This document shows positions 1 through 11,991 of a DNA stretch of 43,545 nt, in pieces; position 1 is the stretch's first letter; each line of letters starts with the position of its first letter. Origin of the DNA: Pseudovirgaria hyperparasitica (lineage: Eukaryota); assembly GCA_010093815.1 (NCBI GenBank), contig ML996574.1; one strand, 5' to 3'. A program made the translations under genes and the position numbers. The notes under the pieces are model-generated. The model was not told the origin of the DNA. It did not search any database and saw nothing but the letters and a program-made list of their open reading frames with translations.

Positions 1-555
1 AAACTAGGGAAGATAGTATATGAATTAACGACTTACCTTAAGAGCGAGGTAGATATACTAGAGAATAAAATCAAAGGCAAGCGAAGCTAAATATATACTT
101 AACCAAAGTAGTAATTACGTGTCCTAGGTAGTAGCTATAAAGCAAGGGATAAGCGCGTACATAAACTAGTAAAAGTAAACTAGAATCTCGAGTTCACCTA
201 TATTAAGAATAGTTATAACGTTATAGGAACTTAGTTACGGATATATAGATATATAATAGATTATAGAGACTTGGGATTATATATACTTAAGTACTTCGGG
301 GCGAAGTATAAAAAGAAGAAGGATATTATTAGGACGGGAACTATAATAGATCTATATAGACTATTCTAATCTATATAGCCACGTAGTGGCCAGAGCTAGG
401 TTAAGTTAGCTAAGTTAAGCGAGGTTACTATATAAGTAGACCGTATAAACCGATTCCTACTCGTTAGGAATCAACCTCGTATAAGAGTAAGATTACTCTA
501 CAAATACATTCCTATGTCTCTCTATAAACTATTAGACTACTATCCCACGTCTTCA
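1..555 (+). mobile_element. 3' end of a RIP-mutated Ty3/gypsy LTR retrotransposon (G0): 3' region, polypurine tract and 3' LTR
   Basis: Purine tract AAAAAGAAGAAGGA (310-323) lies just before an LTR starting TATTAGG (327, RIP form of TGTTAGG) and ending CTTCA (555). The LTR core resembles the LTR at 37049-37279. Confidence 0.7.
327..555 (+). repeat. LTR, diverged relative of the G1 LTR
   Basis: Shares ctaggttaagttagcta, actatataagtagac and ctattagactactatcc blocks with 37049-37279 and with the reverse complement of 7112-7343. Confidence 0.75.
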
Positions 556-3500
556 CTCTTTATAAGTTTATACTATAGAAAAATAATAAACTATAGTTTA
601 ATATACTTTAAGTATATTAAGACTTATATAACTAGCTCTAATTATCTCTTTTACTCTAACTCTAGTATTAGCTACTACTCTACTAATTATAATAGATCTA
701 TATATCTAATCTTTAAGCTATCTATCTACTACTACTATTATACTATCCTTAGTAAAGTTTATCTTTAGATAAGTCTATTAGATTATTTTAGTCTAGAATA
801 ATCTAAAGTTATCTATACTAATATATTTTTAGATTTCTATTTATATATAGAATATATATAATAATCTTTATATCTATAAGACTCTTAGTAGTTCTAGTAG
901 TTATCTAGTCTCTATATATAGAGAGTTTAGAGAGTACTATAAGCTCTTTCTAGAGATTATTAAAGTATAAGTTTAGAAACTATTAATTACTATTAACCTT
1001 AGCTTATAATTTTTAGTTACTATAAGATTTCTAGTACTTAGACTATCTATTCTAGGGAGTTAGTTTTAGCTACTAAGGCTATAGAAGAGATTTATAGTAT
1101 CTCTTTCTATCTAACTTATACTACTAATAGATCTTATAAGAGATCTATTAGTTCTTCTTCTAAGTTACCTTATAAGAGGGTATATATTCTATTCTAGATT
1201 ATTCTAGATTATATTAGCTAACTTTAGATCTAGTCGCTCCACTCTAGCGCATAGTCCTCCTTCTACTAGACTCTAGTTAATTAGATAGCTACTCTAGAGA
1301 ATAAGGTATCTAACCTCTACTACTATATTATCTATCTAGATTAGTTAGTTTACTCTAAAGAGAAGAATAAGATAGAGAAGTAGCTCTATAGCTTTATTTA
1401 CTAGGGTTCCTATCTATCTAGTTTCTATCTATTTTAGTTCTTTTTAGACTATTTAGATATCTATCTACTAGTTTTCTAGTAATTTAATTCTTAACTTAAT
1501 AATATTATATACGCTCTTATTTATTCTATAACTATTAAATTCTAGATTCTAATTTTCTTTAAGTTACTTAAGTATAGATATTATATATAAATTAGTTTAT
1601 CTCTCTAAATTATATTAGAGTATCTAAACTAGTAGTCTAGTAGTTATTAGTTCGGGTACTCTAACTTTTTATATTATATATTATAAGTTTAATTCTATAG
1701 TAGAGTACCTTTTTAGTTTCTTAGTTCTATATTCTTCTTATATATAATAGTTTATATTAGTCTATTCTAGACTTTTCTATATTATTCTATTATAATATAT
1801 TATATTATATATCTATAATAGTTATTTATATTTTCTTCGCGTTTAGTAACTATATATTACTTAAATTATAGGGCTACCATATAGAGTTTTCCTAGTATAC
1901 ATTTAAGATTTATAATTTAATACTTTATTCTCTATAGTATTCTTCTTCTTTTTATAATAGCTCTAATAGTATTAGGTTTATAGTAGTAATATATTATTCT
2001 ATAACCTCTATTTATATATAGATATTATAGTACTTAAGATATATACTATAGGTTTCTAGGTATCCTTATCCTTAGTATAGTTCTTCTAGTAGATTTAATA
2101 CTTCTAGATACCGTTCTTATTAAGTCTATATTTAATAATATAGTCTACTTTATATATATCTAGTCTATCTTAGAGTATAATAGAGTATAATTATATATTT
2201 ATATAATTATATACGTTAGATTAAAACCTTTTAAGTAATAAGATATAGAATATATTATAGACTTTTATATTATTTTCTAGGTTAAGCTTATAAGCTCTTA
2301 TACTAATATAGTATTTAATTTAGAAGGGACTAGCCATTTTATAGTTAAGCTTTTTATTTACTTATAATATCTATATATTATAGATATTAAGAAGGAGTTT
2401 ATCTCTCTTCTTATATATTTAATCTTTAACTAATCTATTATAGTACTTTATATATAACTTATTTATTTACTAGATTATTATATAATAGTTATATATAGTT
2501 TTAAACATTTTAATTACTAGTTTCTATACGTAGATATTAATATCTATTATTTAGTTAAACTAGACTATATAAGATTTTAAATCTATTCTTAGACTATATT
2601 TTAGATTCGTCTAGAAGAGTATAACGTCTATTATACTATAATAACTATTATTATATATAAATTCTACTATACTTAGTAGAGAGGCCTAGTTATCTTATTT
2701 AAAATTATAGAATATATAAAGATAGACCTTAAGCGTTTAGTTCTATTACTCTATCTAACTATCTATTTATAGATAGAATACTATGAATATATTTCTATTT
2801 ATACTAGCTATTTTATAGAATAATATCTAGAATTTAGATATAAATATACTCCCTTAGTCTATAATAATTCTTTTTAGTATACTATAGACCTTAATAATCT
2901 TATTCTAGAATACTTATACTAGTTCTTTTAATATAATTATCTTCTATATAGAGATATACCTAGATATCTTTATAAGTCTATCTATAATAATAAGAATTAA
3001 ATTATAACTTATTCTAAGTATCTTACTTAGAGATAAGTTAACTATAAAATCTATAGTAATATCTTCCTATATAAAGAGAGGGACTAGTAGAGACTATAAA
3101 TTCCTATATAACTTATATCTAGGTGCCTTTATTCTTTAATAAATTAGATAAGTAGCTATCTATTCTTTAATATACTTAGGTATATCTTCCTAAAAGTAGT
3201 ACTAATAAATTAAGCTTAGGGTATATATATATCTAAAATATTCTACTAGGTTAGTATTATAGCATTAGCTAACTATAGTAAATTATATATTATCTATTAG
3301 TATATAGTACTTTCTATTATAGTAGAGTAAGCTATCTATAAAGATCTACTTATAGTCTACTTTAGTCTATAATAATCTATCTTACTATATTTTATATAAC
3401 TTTAAAACTATTAGATCTATCTTTTATAGATCTATAATTAACTAGATAAGGTCTACTTAATATATATACTAGGTACTATTACCCTCTCTAATAGCGCTAA

Positions 3501-6500
3501 TAAATAGCTTACTAGAGACTTTAGTACTATATCTTTAGTTACTAGCTTTAGTTTTATAAATTTAATTACTAGTATTAGTATTAGTATCTCGCTAATTATT
3601 AGATAATTTATTATCTAACCTCGTTCTTAAGAGTTAGGCCTATAGCTACTCTAGAACTCTATAGCTACTATAATTCTAGGCGCCTTCTTTATAGTTAGGT
3701 CTTCTTAATATTCTATTAGCTAGATTTATACTTCTAGATTAAAAGTAGATTATAAAGTAGAAATTTATAAGCTACTTAGTCTATTAAACCTATTAATAAT
3801 TTAAAACTATTATACTTATAAACCTCTTTAAGTTATAGTAATTAGTTAGTAACTTAATATTATATATAGTACCTTTAAGATAATATTACTACTACTTAAA
3901 TAACTCTACTATTACTAGTAGCTCTTAGTTATAAATAGTATATCTAGTCTTAATATTAGCTATCTTACGTAAGAAGAATATAACTAGATACTATTAGATC
4001 TTTTTAGACTCTATTAGTCTAGACTAGAAGAGTATATCTAAGATTATAAATTTTAATATATTAGTTTTAATATAAATAGGTTTAGTTAGATTAAAGTATA
4101 CTAGTAATAGAGCGGTTATAAATATCTCTTTAATCTTCTTAAAGAATATTCTTTTAACCTCTATTAATTTAATAGATTATAACTTAATATTATACTATTT
4201 CTATCTACTATAGACTATAATAGATAAATTAGTAGTAGTAGTATATATATTAAGTAGTGCGGCTAGATAGAAGAAGTATTTAATAAATTTTTAATAATAG
4301 TTAGTAAAGCTAATAAAGACACGTATATCTTAAATAGATTTTAGTTTAGACTATTCTATAATAGTAGTAACTCTATCTCTCTCTATAGTTATACCTTAAT
4401 TAGTAATAATAAAGCTAAGAAAGTTAATATAGTTCTAATAGAACTTATATTTAAATAGCTTAATATATAGCTTATACTTTTCTAGTCTATCTAGAACTAT
4501 ATATATATACTAGATATACTTCTTCTTATTATCTAAGAAGATAAGAATATTATCTAGATATACGATATATATTATATTAAGTAGATCTACTAGCGCGTTA
4601 TTAATATATACTTAGAAGGTATCTAGCGCGTTAGTTAGTCTAAAAGGGACTATAGTATACTTAAAGTATCTATAACGGGTTCTAAAAGCCGTTTTCTATT
4701 TATCGCTCTCCTTAATATAAAGGTAATAGTAGGTATTATATATATTAAGCTTAGTAAAGATCTTTATATATTCTAGTCTATTAATAGACTTATAGATAAG
4801 AGGTAGTAGATAATAATTCTTTTATATAATATTATTTAGACTATAGTAGTTAATATATAGATAGAGGCTTCTATTCTTCTTCTTTATAAAGAGAATTAGA
4901 GCTCTAGCTAGAGATATACTAGGTCTTATCTATTCTTATATAAGGTTCTTTTTAATATATTCTTAAAGAACTTATAATTTAGATTCTAAAAGAGGGTAGA
5001 TAGATCTATATAGAGGTTACTAGCTATCTTTAAGATTAATAGTAAGATTAGTAGATTAGTATTAAGATAGTTTAGAGGAATTAATTACTAATATAATATA
5101 TTAATATATTTTATACTAATATAGTAGGTTTTTATCTACTTTAATACTAAGCTTACTATTTTAGATAAGTAAGAGTATATAGATAGTAGAGATTACCTTC
5201 TTATAATCTTTCTAGAATTATTTATTATTAATAAGCTATACTAGTTTCTATTAAGATAGGTTTATATACTAGCTAGCTATCTTCTTAAGAAAGTCTAGTT
5301 TTAGATTATATTTCTTAAGCTATAGTATATCTAGAATTATATTAAAGGGGCTATCTACTATAATAAAGGTTAAGTAGTAGGGTTTCTATTTCTCTCTACT
5401 ATTCTAGATACTATATTTAATAGTATAGATACTATATAACTTAATAGAACTATTAATACTATAGAATATAGTATCTATTAGAGCTTAGATATTAATATTA
5501 AGTTCTTATACTTATTAAGTTAATATAATATTAGTAGCTAAACTACTATTAAGTATTATAGTCTAATATTATCTATAAGGGACCTTAATAGGTCTAGTCT
5601 ATAGTTTAATATACTATTTAGCGGCTTATCTCTCTATTATAGTTATATCTATAAGTTATAAGAGTTTCTTATAGATTATTAGTTTTTTATATTCTATACT
5701 AGATAGTTAGACGTGATATATTCTAGCTACTAGTACTTATAATATATAACTAATTAGTTAGTTATATTAGTACTTAGTAGTTTCTCTAAATAGTACTTAG
5801 ATACTATATAGTCTGTTCTACTATAGGTATAGTAAGTAACTATAGGTTATTTATATAAGTTAATTCTTATATCTTAAGATATTAATTAGTAGAGAGACCC
5901 ACGATATAGTCCTTGTAGTTTTAAATTTAAGGCGTAGTAGTAGCCTTATAACGTCCTACGAGATCTATTACTAAATTAGTTTTAGTTAGATAATTTTATA
6001 TCTAATTAGATTATTAGAGATAGTTATATACTAGTATAGTATTAATTATTTATTATATACTAGTATTACTCTATAAGATTTATAAGAGCTTAGAGATCTA
6101 TAGAGATTATTATTATAAGATTAAGATAGTTCTTTATATTTAGAGTAAGAGACCGTTTAAAGTTATTATATTATTAAATTATATAATCTTCTTTAGCTTC
6201 TCTCTAGCGAGGCTAAAGGTATTTAAGAAGTTATAATAGTAACTAATTATCTTATTATTAAGTCTTAAAGATATAGTTCTAGACCTAGTTATATTATTTA
6301 GCTCTATTACTAAAATATTAGAGAAGGAATTTAGTAAATATATTCTAGTTATAGATATCCTTAGAATATTTAATTTAGTATACTATCTAACGTTCTAAAG
6401 GTATTAGATTAAGGTAGTTCTAAGTAAATCTAATTTTATTACTATTATTTATAAATAGATAGAAGAATTAGCTATATTAATAAGTCTATATATAGAAACT

Positions 6501-7343
6501 CTTTCTACTTTTACTATTAAAGTAAGATAGTTTCTTAGATTAGAGTAATTAAGATAGTAGTAGACTAGAATAGACTATTTTAGTTAGTATAGATCTATAT
6601 AGATATAAATTAGTTATTACTAGAACTAAAGTATATAATATAGCTTTAAGTCTTATAGTACGTCCTTAAGCTTTATTAAGTTTATATAGTTATTACTTAA
6701 GTTAAGTCTAACGTTACCTTTCTTCGTATAGTCTAGTATATATATTATTATAAGATATAGTTAATATTAGATGATTCTAATAGATTAACTTATTAATATT
6801 AATAGAGTCTAGTCTTATATTAAGGTTAGATCTAGTATAGTTTAAACTAGACTAAGATAGAGTATAATAGACTCTATCCTTATATTCTATAATATCTTCT
6901 ATAGTTATATAGAATATTATATAAGTTATTAGTATAATAGTCTATAAGATATAGTTATTAGTAGAGGTAGTTATAGATAGACTATTCTTCTTATTTAAGT
7001 TAGAAGAAGGTCTACTATAAGAGGCGGTACTATAAGTATTATAATAAGTAGTTAGAGCTATTTCTATAAACTACTATTATACTATATAAAGAGAAATTAA
7101 AATATAAGAATTATAGACGTAGAATAGTACTCTAATAGATTATAGAAGGATTTAGAAATATATTTAAAAGGGTAGTCTACTCTTATAATAAGGTTAATTT
7201 CTAAAGAGTAGAAATTAGATATATATATTCTACTTATATAGTACTCTTACTTAATCTAGCTAACTTAATCTAGATCTATCTATTATAGGACTATACTAGA
7301 CTATAGTAGTCTAGCTAAGTCTATTCTAGTATTAATTCTAATA
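556..7343 (-). mobile_element. RIP-inactivated Ty3/gypsy (chromovirus-type) retrotransposon G1; 5' LTR, gag, PR, RT, RNase H, IN, chromodomain; 3' end cut off by G0
   Basis: Colinear reverse complement of 37049-41407. De-RIP reading on the minus strand gives protease LDSG (~5531-5560), RT YLDD (~4548-4562), the integrase GPY/F region KKLDYKM.GPF..AYKL..VFH (~2230-2365) and a chromodomain Y.I.WK.Y...DTWEP (~2035-2150). Confidence 0.9.
7112..7343 (-). repeat. 5' LTR of G1
   Basis: Reverse complement of 37049-37279. Similarity stops at 7343, where Fot1-like sequence begins. Confidence 0.85.
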
Positions 7344-9048
7344 ATCTCTTAATAACTATTTACTATTATTATTATTATCTCTATATATTAATCTAGGCTA
7401 TTATTACTATCTATAGTATTCTATACTCTACTCTTTAAAAACGCCTTAATAGATAGTAAGACTTATACTAAATAGCTAATTATTATCTTTAAATACTATC
7501 TTCTAATTAAGAGAAGAATCTATATAATTAGATAATCTACTTAGATTAGATATAGATAGCTCTAAGCTATATAATTATCTATAATATAATAATTAAAATT
7601 ATAGCTATATCTAGAGAAATAGTTAAATTAGATAAGAGATAGATTATAAAGTTTCTAATATAGAATATATATATTAAAATACTCTTTAGTAAGGCCCTTA
7701 ATAAGGAATAGATATAGACTACTATCTATAATATAATTAATATATTCTATATATTATATAATTAGATCTACTCTAAATTTAATATTCTATCTAATTACTA
7801 TTAGAATATAGATAAATAAGATATAGTCTAAGAGGTTATAAATAATTAGTACTATATAGAAGAGATAGAAGTTAATTCTAAGTATAAAAATATATATATT
7901 TAGAGTTCTACTAATTATAAATAGACCTTAATTATAGAGTATATATCTATAATAGAATAGAAGCTTTATTCTATAATTATATTTAAAGGAAAGATAATTT
8001 AGACTATATAGTTCCTAGATAATCCTTCTAATTAGATATATATAGTATCTTTATATAGTTAGATATTATATTAGATTACTCTAAAGTAGCTATAGAGTAT
8101 ATTTATACTAGAGATAAAGATTCTAGAAGAAAAGTAGAGACTTCTATTAGTTAATAGCTATAGAAGCTATATAGAGATTAACTTTATATATATATATACT
8201 AGATAAATAAAATCTATATAGTCTATTTATCTACTTATACTAGCTATATACTATAGCTACTTAACTTAGCTTATTTTTCTAGTCTAAAGAGAAAATATTA
8301 TAATCTTCTTAATAAATTAATATATCTTAATAATAAGACTCTACTAAAGAAGCTTTAATTTATTAAGTACTACTATAAGATTTAGAGATAATAGCTATAA
8401 CTATCTTAGATTATAGAAGAATAGAGAGCTATAGAGCTATATCTATTTAATTACTTAAAAGAAATAAATAGTTCTTTAATATTATCTAATTTAGATAAAT
8501 ATCTAAAGACTCTATCTCTATTTATATAATAATAGAATCTAGCTAATATATTTTATAGTTCTTAAGATATATATTATAGAGTAGAGATACTCTAATCTAA
8601 TAGTAAGCTATTAAATAAGACTTAAGATCTATTATTCTTATTAATATAGTCTATAGAATAGCTAATAGCTAATATTAGATAATTAGAGATATATATAGCT
8701 AAGCTTAAGACTTAAAATAATAGTCTAGTCTAAAAGAGAAAATAGAAGAAGATTAAAATAGACCTTAATAAATAATTTATAAATATAATATATATAAAGA
8801 AGACTATAGATAAGAAGAAGAAGAAGATAGTAATAGAGATAGTTTAAGCTATTAAATATATAGAAAAGCTTAAGAAATTAGAGACTTAATTACTATAGAC
8901 TAGATAGATAGTCTCTAAGAAGATATATAAGGCTTATTTATATAAATTCCCTCTATTTTAAGTATATAGTTATTAATATAGGCGTTTAGAGTTATACTCA
9001 AATCACGTGGTTCATTAGTGGGTTGGCTCATTAGTGGGTACGTCAACT
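7344..9048 (+). mobile_element. RIP-inactivated Fot1/pogo (Tc1-mariner superfamily) DNA transposon; left end missing, displaced by G1
   Basis: De-RIP motifs WNMDE (7802-7816), W.SIIECISA.G..L.P.IIFKGK (~7920-7993), LLLVDGHGSH (~8141-8170) and YLPAHTSH.LQPLDL (~8224-8268). Ends in a TIR-like sequence followed by TA (9049-9050). Confidence 0.85.
9004..9048. repeat. Right terminal inverted repeat of the Fot1-like element
   Basis: Reverse complement reads AGTTGACGTACCCACTAATGAGCCAACCCACTAATGAACCACGTG. It has an AGT terminus, a TA target and an internal direct repeat TCATTAGTGGGT (9012-9023, 9028-9039), as is typical of Fot1-family TIRs. The partner TIR is not in the window. Confidence 0.7.
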
Positions 9049-9252
9049 TAGTTAGTGCGTCTAGGCGATACTCCGTATGTTAGCTGTGCATGCTTGACAC
9101 AGAATCAGTACCGGGTACAAACATGAAACTTCAAAACCTATTCACCAGGTACGTATTGGTCATCGCGCCAATATTCCCGCCTTAGCTGATGTCAAGTCAT
9201 GTACATATCCCCCCGATCATAGATATATATGTCCGAATCAGCGTTTGTCTCG

Positions 9253-10602
9253 CTATGGCTGATCCCCACGATACCGTTTGCTCTCATCACGCCGCCCATA
9301 TCCCGCTTCCCTGTTGTATTCTCTCTCACAGTCTTCATACCTGTCTGTCGTGGCGTCAGAACCTTCGTCCTTGCGGCATTTCCTCTTATTACTGCGGTAC
9401 ATATCGCGATTATCGTTATCACGTCGTCGTCTGTGACAGCGGGAGGTAGAAGTGCTCCTGTCGCGACTCTCACAATGGCTACGCGAATGTTTGTGGTCTA
9501 TGTCTTGACCCTGAGTGCGATCATCGTACTGGTATTGATACCGGTCCCGGTCCTTGTCAGTATTTCGCCCGCGCCTCCTTTTCGAGCTCTTGTGGTAATC
9601 GTCACGCTCTGGCCGTTTGTCTGTGAATTCGGTCATTATACAGCTGGGTGACCTGCGTTTTGCACGACGATGTTCCTTGTCATCATTATGCACTGATTTC
9701 TCACGTTCCCGCCTAGCTTTTAACTCCTGCTCTGTGATGTCTTCACCTGTATGTTTGTGCTTGAGCAAGACCGGTACATACGAGGTCTGCTGTCGTCCTT
9801 TGCGATGTTTATCTGTCTTACCCCATGCACCCAGCTCTTCGCCGGTGGCGTCTTCCGGCTTCGCTCCAATGCCAAGAAGCGCGGGACGCCGTTCTAGCAC
9901 TCTTGGTTTGACGACAGGACCATCTCGTTTACGACCAATAGATTCGCCGTCTTTCCAGCCCATACCTCGTAATAATGCTGCACCAAATCCCTCGATAGGT
10001 GTGTTTTCATAATCCGCAATCGATGCCATATCTGGCGCTTCCTCGTATGCCTGTTGAAATGCTTCCCTATCATTAACAGCTAAAGAAATGATACGATTCG
10101 AGGCCGAGGTATCCTCTAACAGTGCCTCAAGTGCCAGCTCCTCATCTGTTTTGTGGATTGCCTTGACGGTAGCCTCATGTGAAGCTTGTCCAACGTCTGG
10201 TAGAGTTTCTGTGTCTTTCTTAGGGGCTATTTTCAGACCGTACCGTATCTCTTCTGCGTTATCGACGTCCCGCAATGTGTCTACGGGTTGTTCTCTTGAT
10301 GATGATGGGCCCTTTTGCCTCTTCATCTTCCGCTCAAGCCAATTCCCTTCTTTCCACTCCGGCGGAAGTGCAATGATGCGAAGACCTTCTGGAGTTCCCC
10401 GGGTCTTCTCATGTATTGCTTTACCACCCGAGAATGAGGTGATGGTCCTTTCAATCGTGCCGTCATCTTGATGATCGAAATCGTCAAGGGTTGTGTGACC
10501 ACGCTGAGCGCCTGTTGTAGAGGTGACTTTAGATTTGAACGGCTCCGACTTCCTCGTACCGAAAGTGAGCGAGATCTTCGCCGGCGCGGGTTTCGAAGGC
10601 AT
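9253..10602 (-). CDS. spp2: Pre-mRNA-splicing factor Spp2 (G-patch cofactor of the DEAH helicase Prp2), 449 aa, single exon
   Basis: Open ATG-to-TAG frame with normal base composition. Contains the Spp2/MOS2-type G-patch DYENTPIEGFGAALLRGMGWKDGESIG...RRPALLGIGAK, a YVPVLLKHKHTGE block I recognise from fungal Spp2, and an R/D-rich C-terminus. Confidence 0.93.
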   Translation of the reverse strand: MPSKPAPAKISLTFGTRKSEPFKSKVTSTTGAQRGHTTLDDFDHQDDGTIERTITSFSGGKAIHEKTRGTPEGLRIIALPPEWKEGNWLERKMKRQKGPSSSREQPVDTLRDVDNAEEIRYGLKIAPKKDTETLPDVGQASHEATVKAIHKTDEELALEALLEDTSASNRIISLAVNDREAFQQAYEEAPDMASIADYENTPIEGFGAALLRGMGWKDGESIGRKRDGPVVKPRVLERRPALLGIGAKPEDATGEELGAWGKTDKHRKGRQQTSYVPVLLKHKHTGEDITEQELKARREREKSVHNDDKEHRRAKRRSPSCIMTEFTDKRPERDDYHKSSKRRRGRNTDKDRDRYQYQYDDRTQGQDIDHKHSRSHCESRDRSTSTSRCHRRRRDNDNRDMYRSNKRKCRKDEGSDATTDRYEDCEREYNREAGYGRRDESKRYRGDQP

Positions 10603-10789
10603 TCTCGCTGCCTATGAATGTCTCGTCTGATGAAGGGTGGTCCCCAAATGGTATGCAGGCGCGGTCCCGTAGTAGGTCGTAAACCATGGTAGTCATAGGC
10701 AGTGTTCCGGGATTACGAGTTATACTCCGGAGCGTCACTCCAATCGCTTCGGAGTGGCCGGGTGACGTTCTCTTTACACTGGAGCTAGT

Positions 10790-11991
10790 TCTAGTCTTAC
10801 TTCTAAAATATATTACTAATATATCTTACCTCTAGTAGTTCTCTATAAAGAGAATAAAATCTAGTATATAGCTATCTCTATTTAGAGTTTCTTTAAGATA
10901 AGATATTCTATCTATTATCTCTATTTAAGTATAATAAATTATAAATAAAAACTAATAAAGAGTATATAGTTAGTAGTATAAGTAATATAAAGAATAGTAT
11001 AATATATATATAAGATATCTATAATACTATAGATAGTTTTAAATAATAATTTAAGATAATAATAGATACTAATAAAAAGAACTAATTATAGATACTTAGA
11101 ATAGATATTCTAAGTAATATATTAAGTAAGTAGAAATAGATTAGTAGTATTCTAAGTAATATATAGAGTACTTAGAATAGATATTCTAATTAAGATATCT
11201 TACTAGAACTATATAGATTCTTTAAATCTAATCTCTAGATATAGTTCTATAGTTATTAAGTTAAACTTATTATAATATAATTACTACTTTACTTATCTAC
11301 TAGCTAGTTATTATTTATATCTTATTAATACTTAGTATAAGTCTATTTAACTCTACTTAATAGTCTAAGTATCTTTATCTATAGAAAAGCTAGAATACTC
11401 TATATAATAGACTACTATAGAGATAAGCTATACTCTACTAGAAAGATTTATTATAGTTTAATTACTCTTATTAAGATACTTAATCTAAGTATTTATACTA
11501 TCTATCTAAATAATAATAGTAAATAATAGATAATTCTTATTTATATAAACTACTCTAGAAGTTCTAACTATAGAATAAGTTAAAGAGCTAATTACTAAAC
11601 TTAGAGAATAAATTACTAGACTTAAAGAAGAGAATACTAAATATAGAAAGACTAAAAAGAACTTTAAAAGAAAGATTTCTAAACTCTTTAAAGATAAATA
11701 AAATAAACTCTAAGAATTTCTAATATAAGTTAGAATCTACTTTTAGATCTATTAGATCTAAGATCTAAAAGAATAAGTTATATTTACTATAGAATTACTT
11801 AAAGAAGATATATTTACTTTATTTAAACTCTATTTAAGAAACTATGTTAAAAATAATCTAGAGAAATAATAGAATAATATAATAAATTATAAACTAAGAC
11901 TATAGAGAGATATATAGATCTTAGTATAGATAGTATAGAGAATATTATAATATATAAAAGAGATATCTATAATACTATAGATAGTCTTAGA
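10790..11991 (+). mobile_element. Heavily RIP-mutated gypsy family G2 remnants: 3' fragment, LTR (~11020-11339), start of gag (to ~11875), repeat of the 3' fragment and first ~24 bp of another LTR (11968-11991)
   Basis: 11028-11875 is colinear with 21429-~22285. De-RIP gag motifs PKPFEG...L.EF and F...LLE.DAF.WFEPHLR at ~11675-11840. Segment ~10932-11037 is repeated at ~11881-11985. Confidence 0.7.

Noticed and set aside
514..768. 84-aa ORF, and similar Y/I/L-rich ORFs at 17309, 25614, 26387, 32689, 35067, 35458 and 36338
   Set aside because: Chance open frames in RIP-mutated DNA, mostly antisense to LINE ORFs. They recur only because the LINE is repeated.
8989..10727. 11-bp direct repeat GAGTTATACTC (8989-8999 and 10717-10727) flanking spp2, considered as a TSD for a mobilised gene
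   Set aside because: The left copy lies inside the Fot1-like element and the right copy inside unique promoter DNA. Neither coincides with the island edges, so it is probably chance.
9189..10738. Short track ORFs overlapping spp2 (9189-9449, 9192-9473, 9229-9651, 9617-10012, 10088-10471, 10529-10738)
   Set aside because: Antisense or alternative-frame shadows of the spp2 CDS with no recognisable motif.
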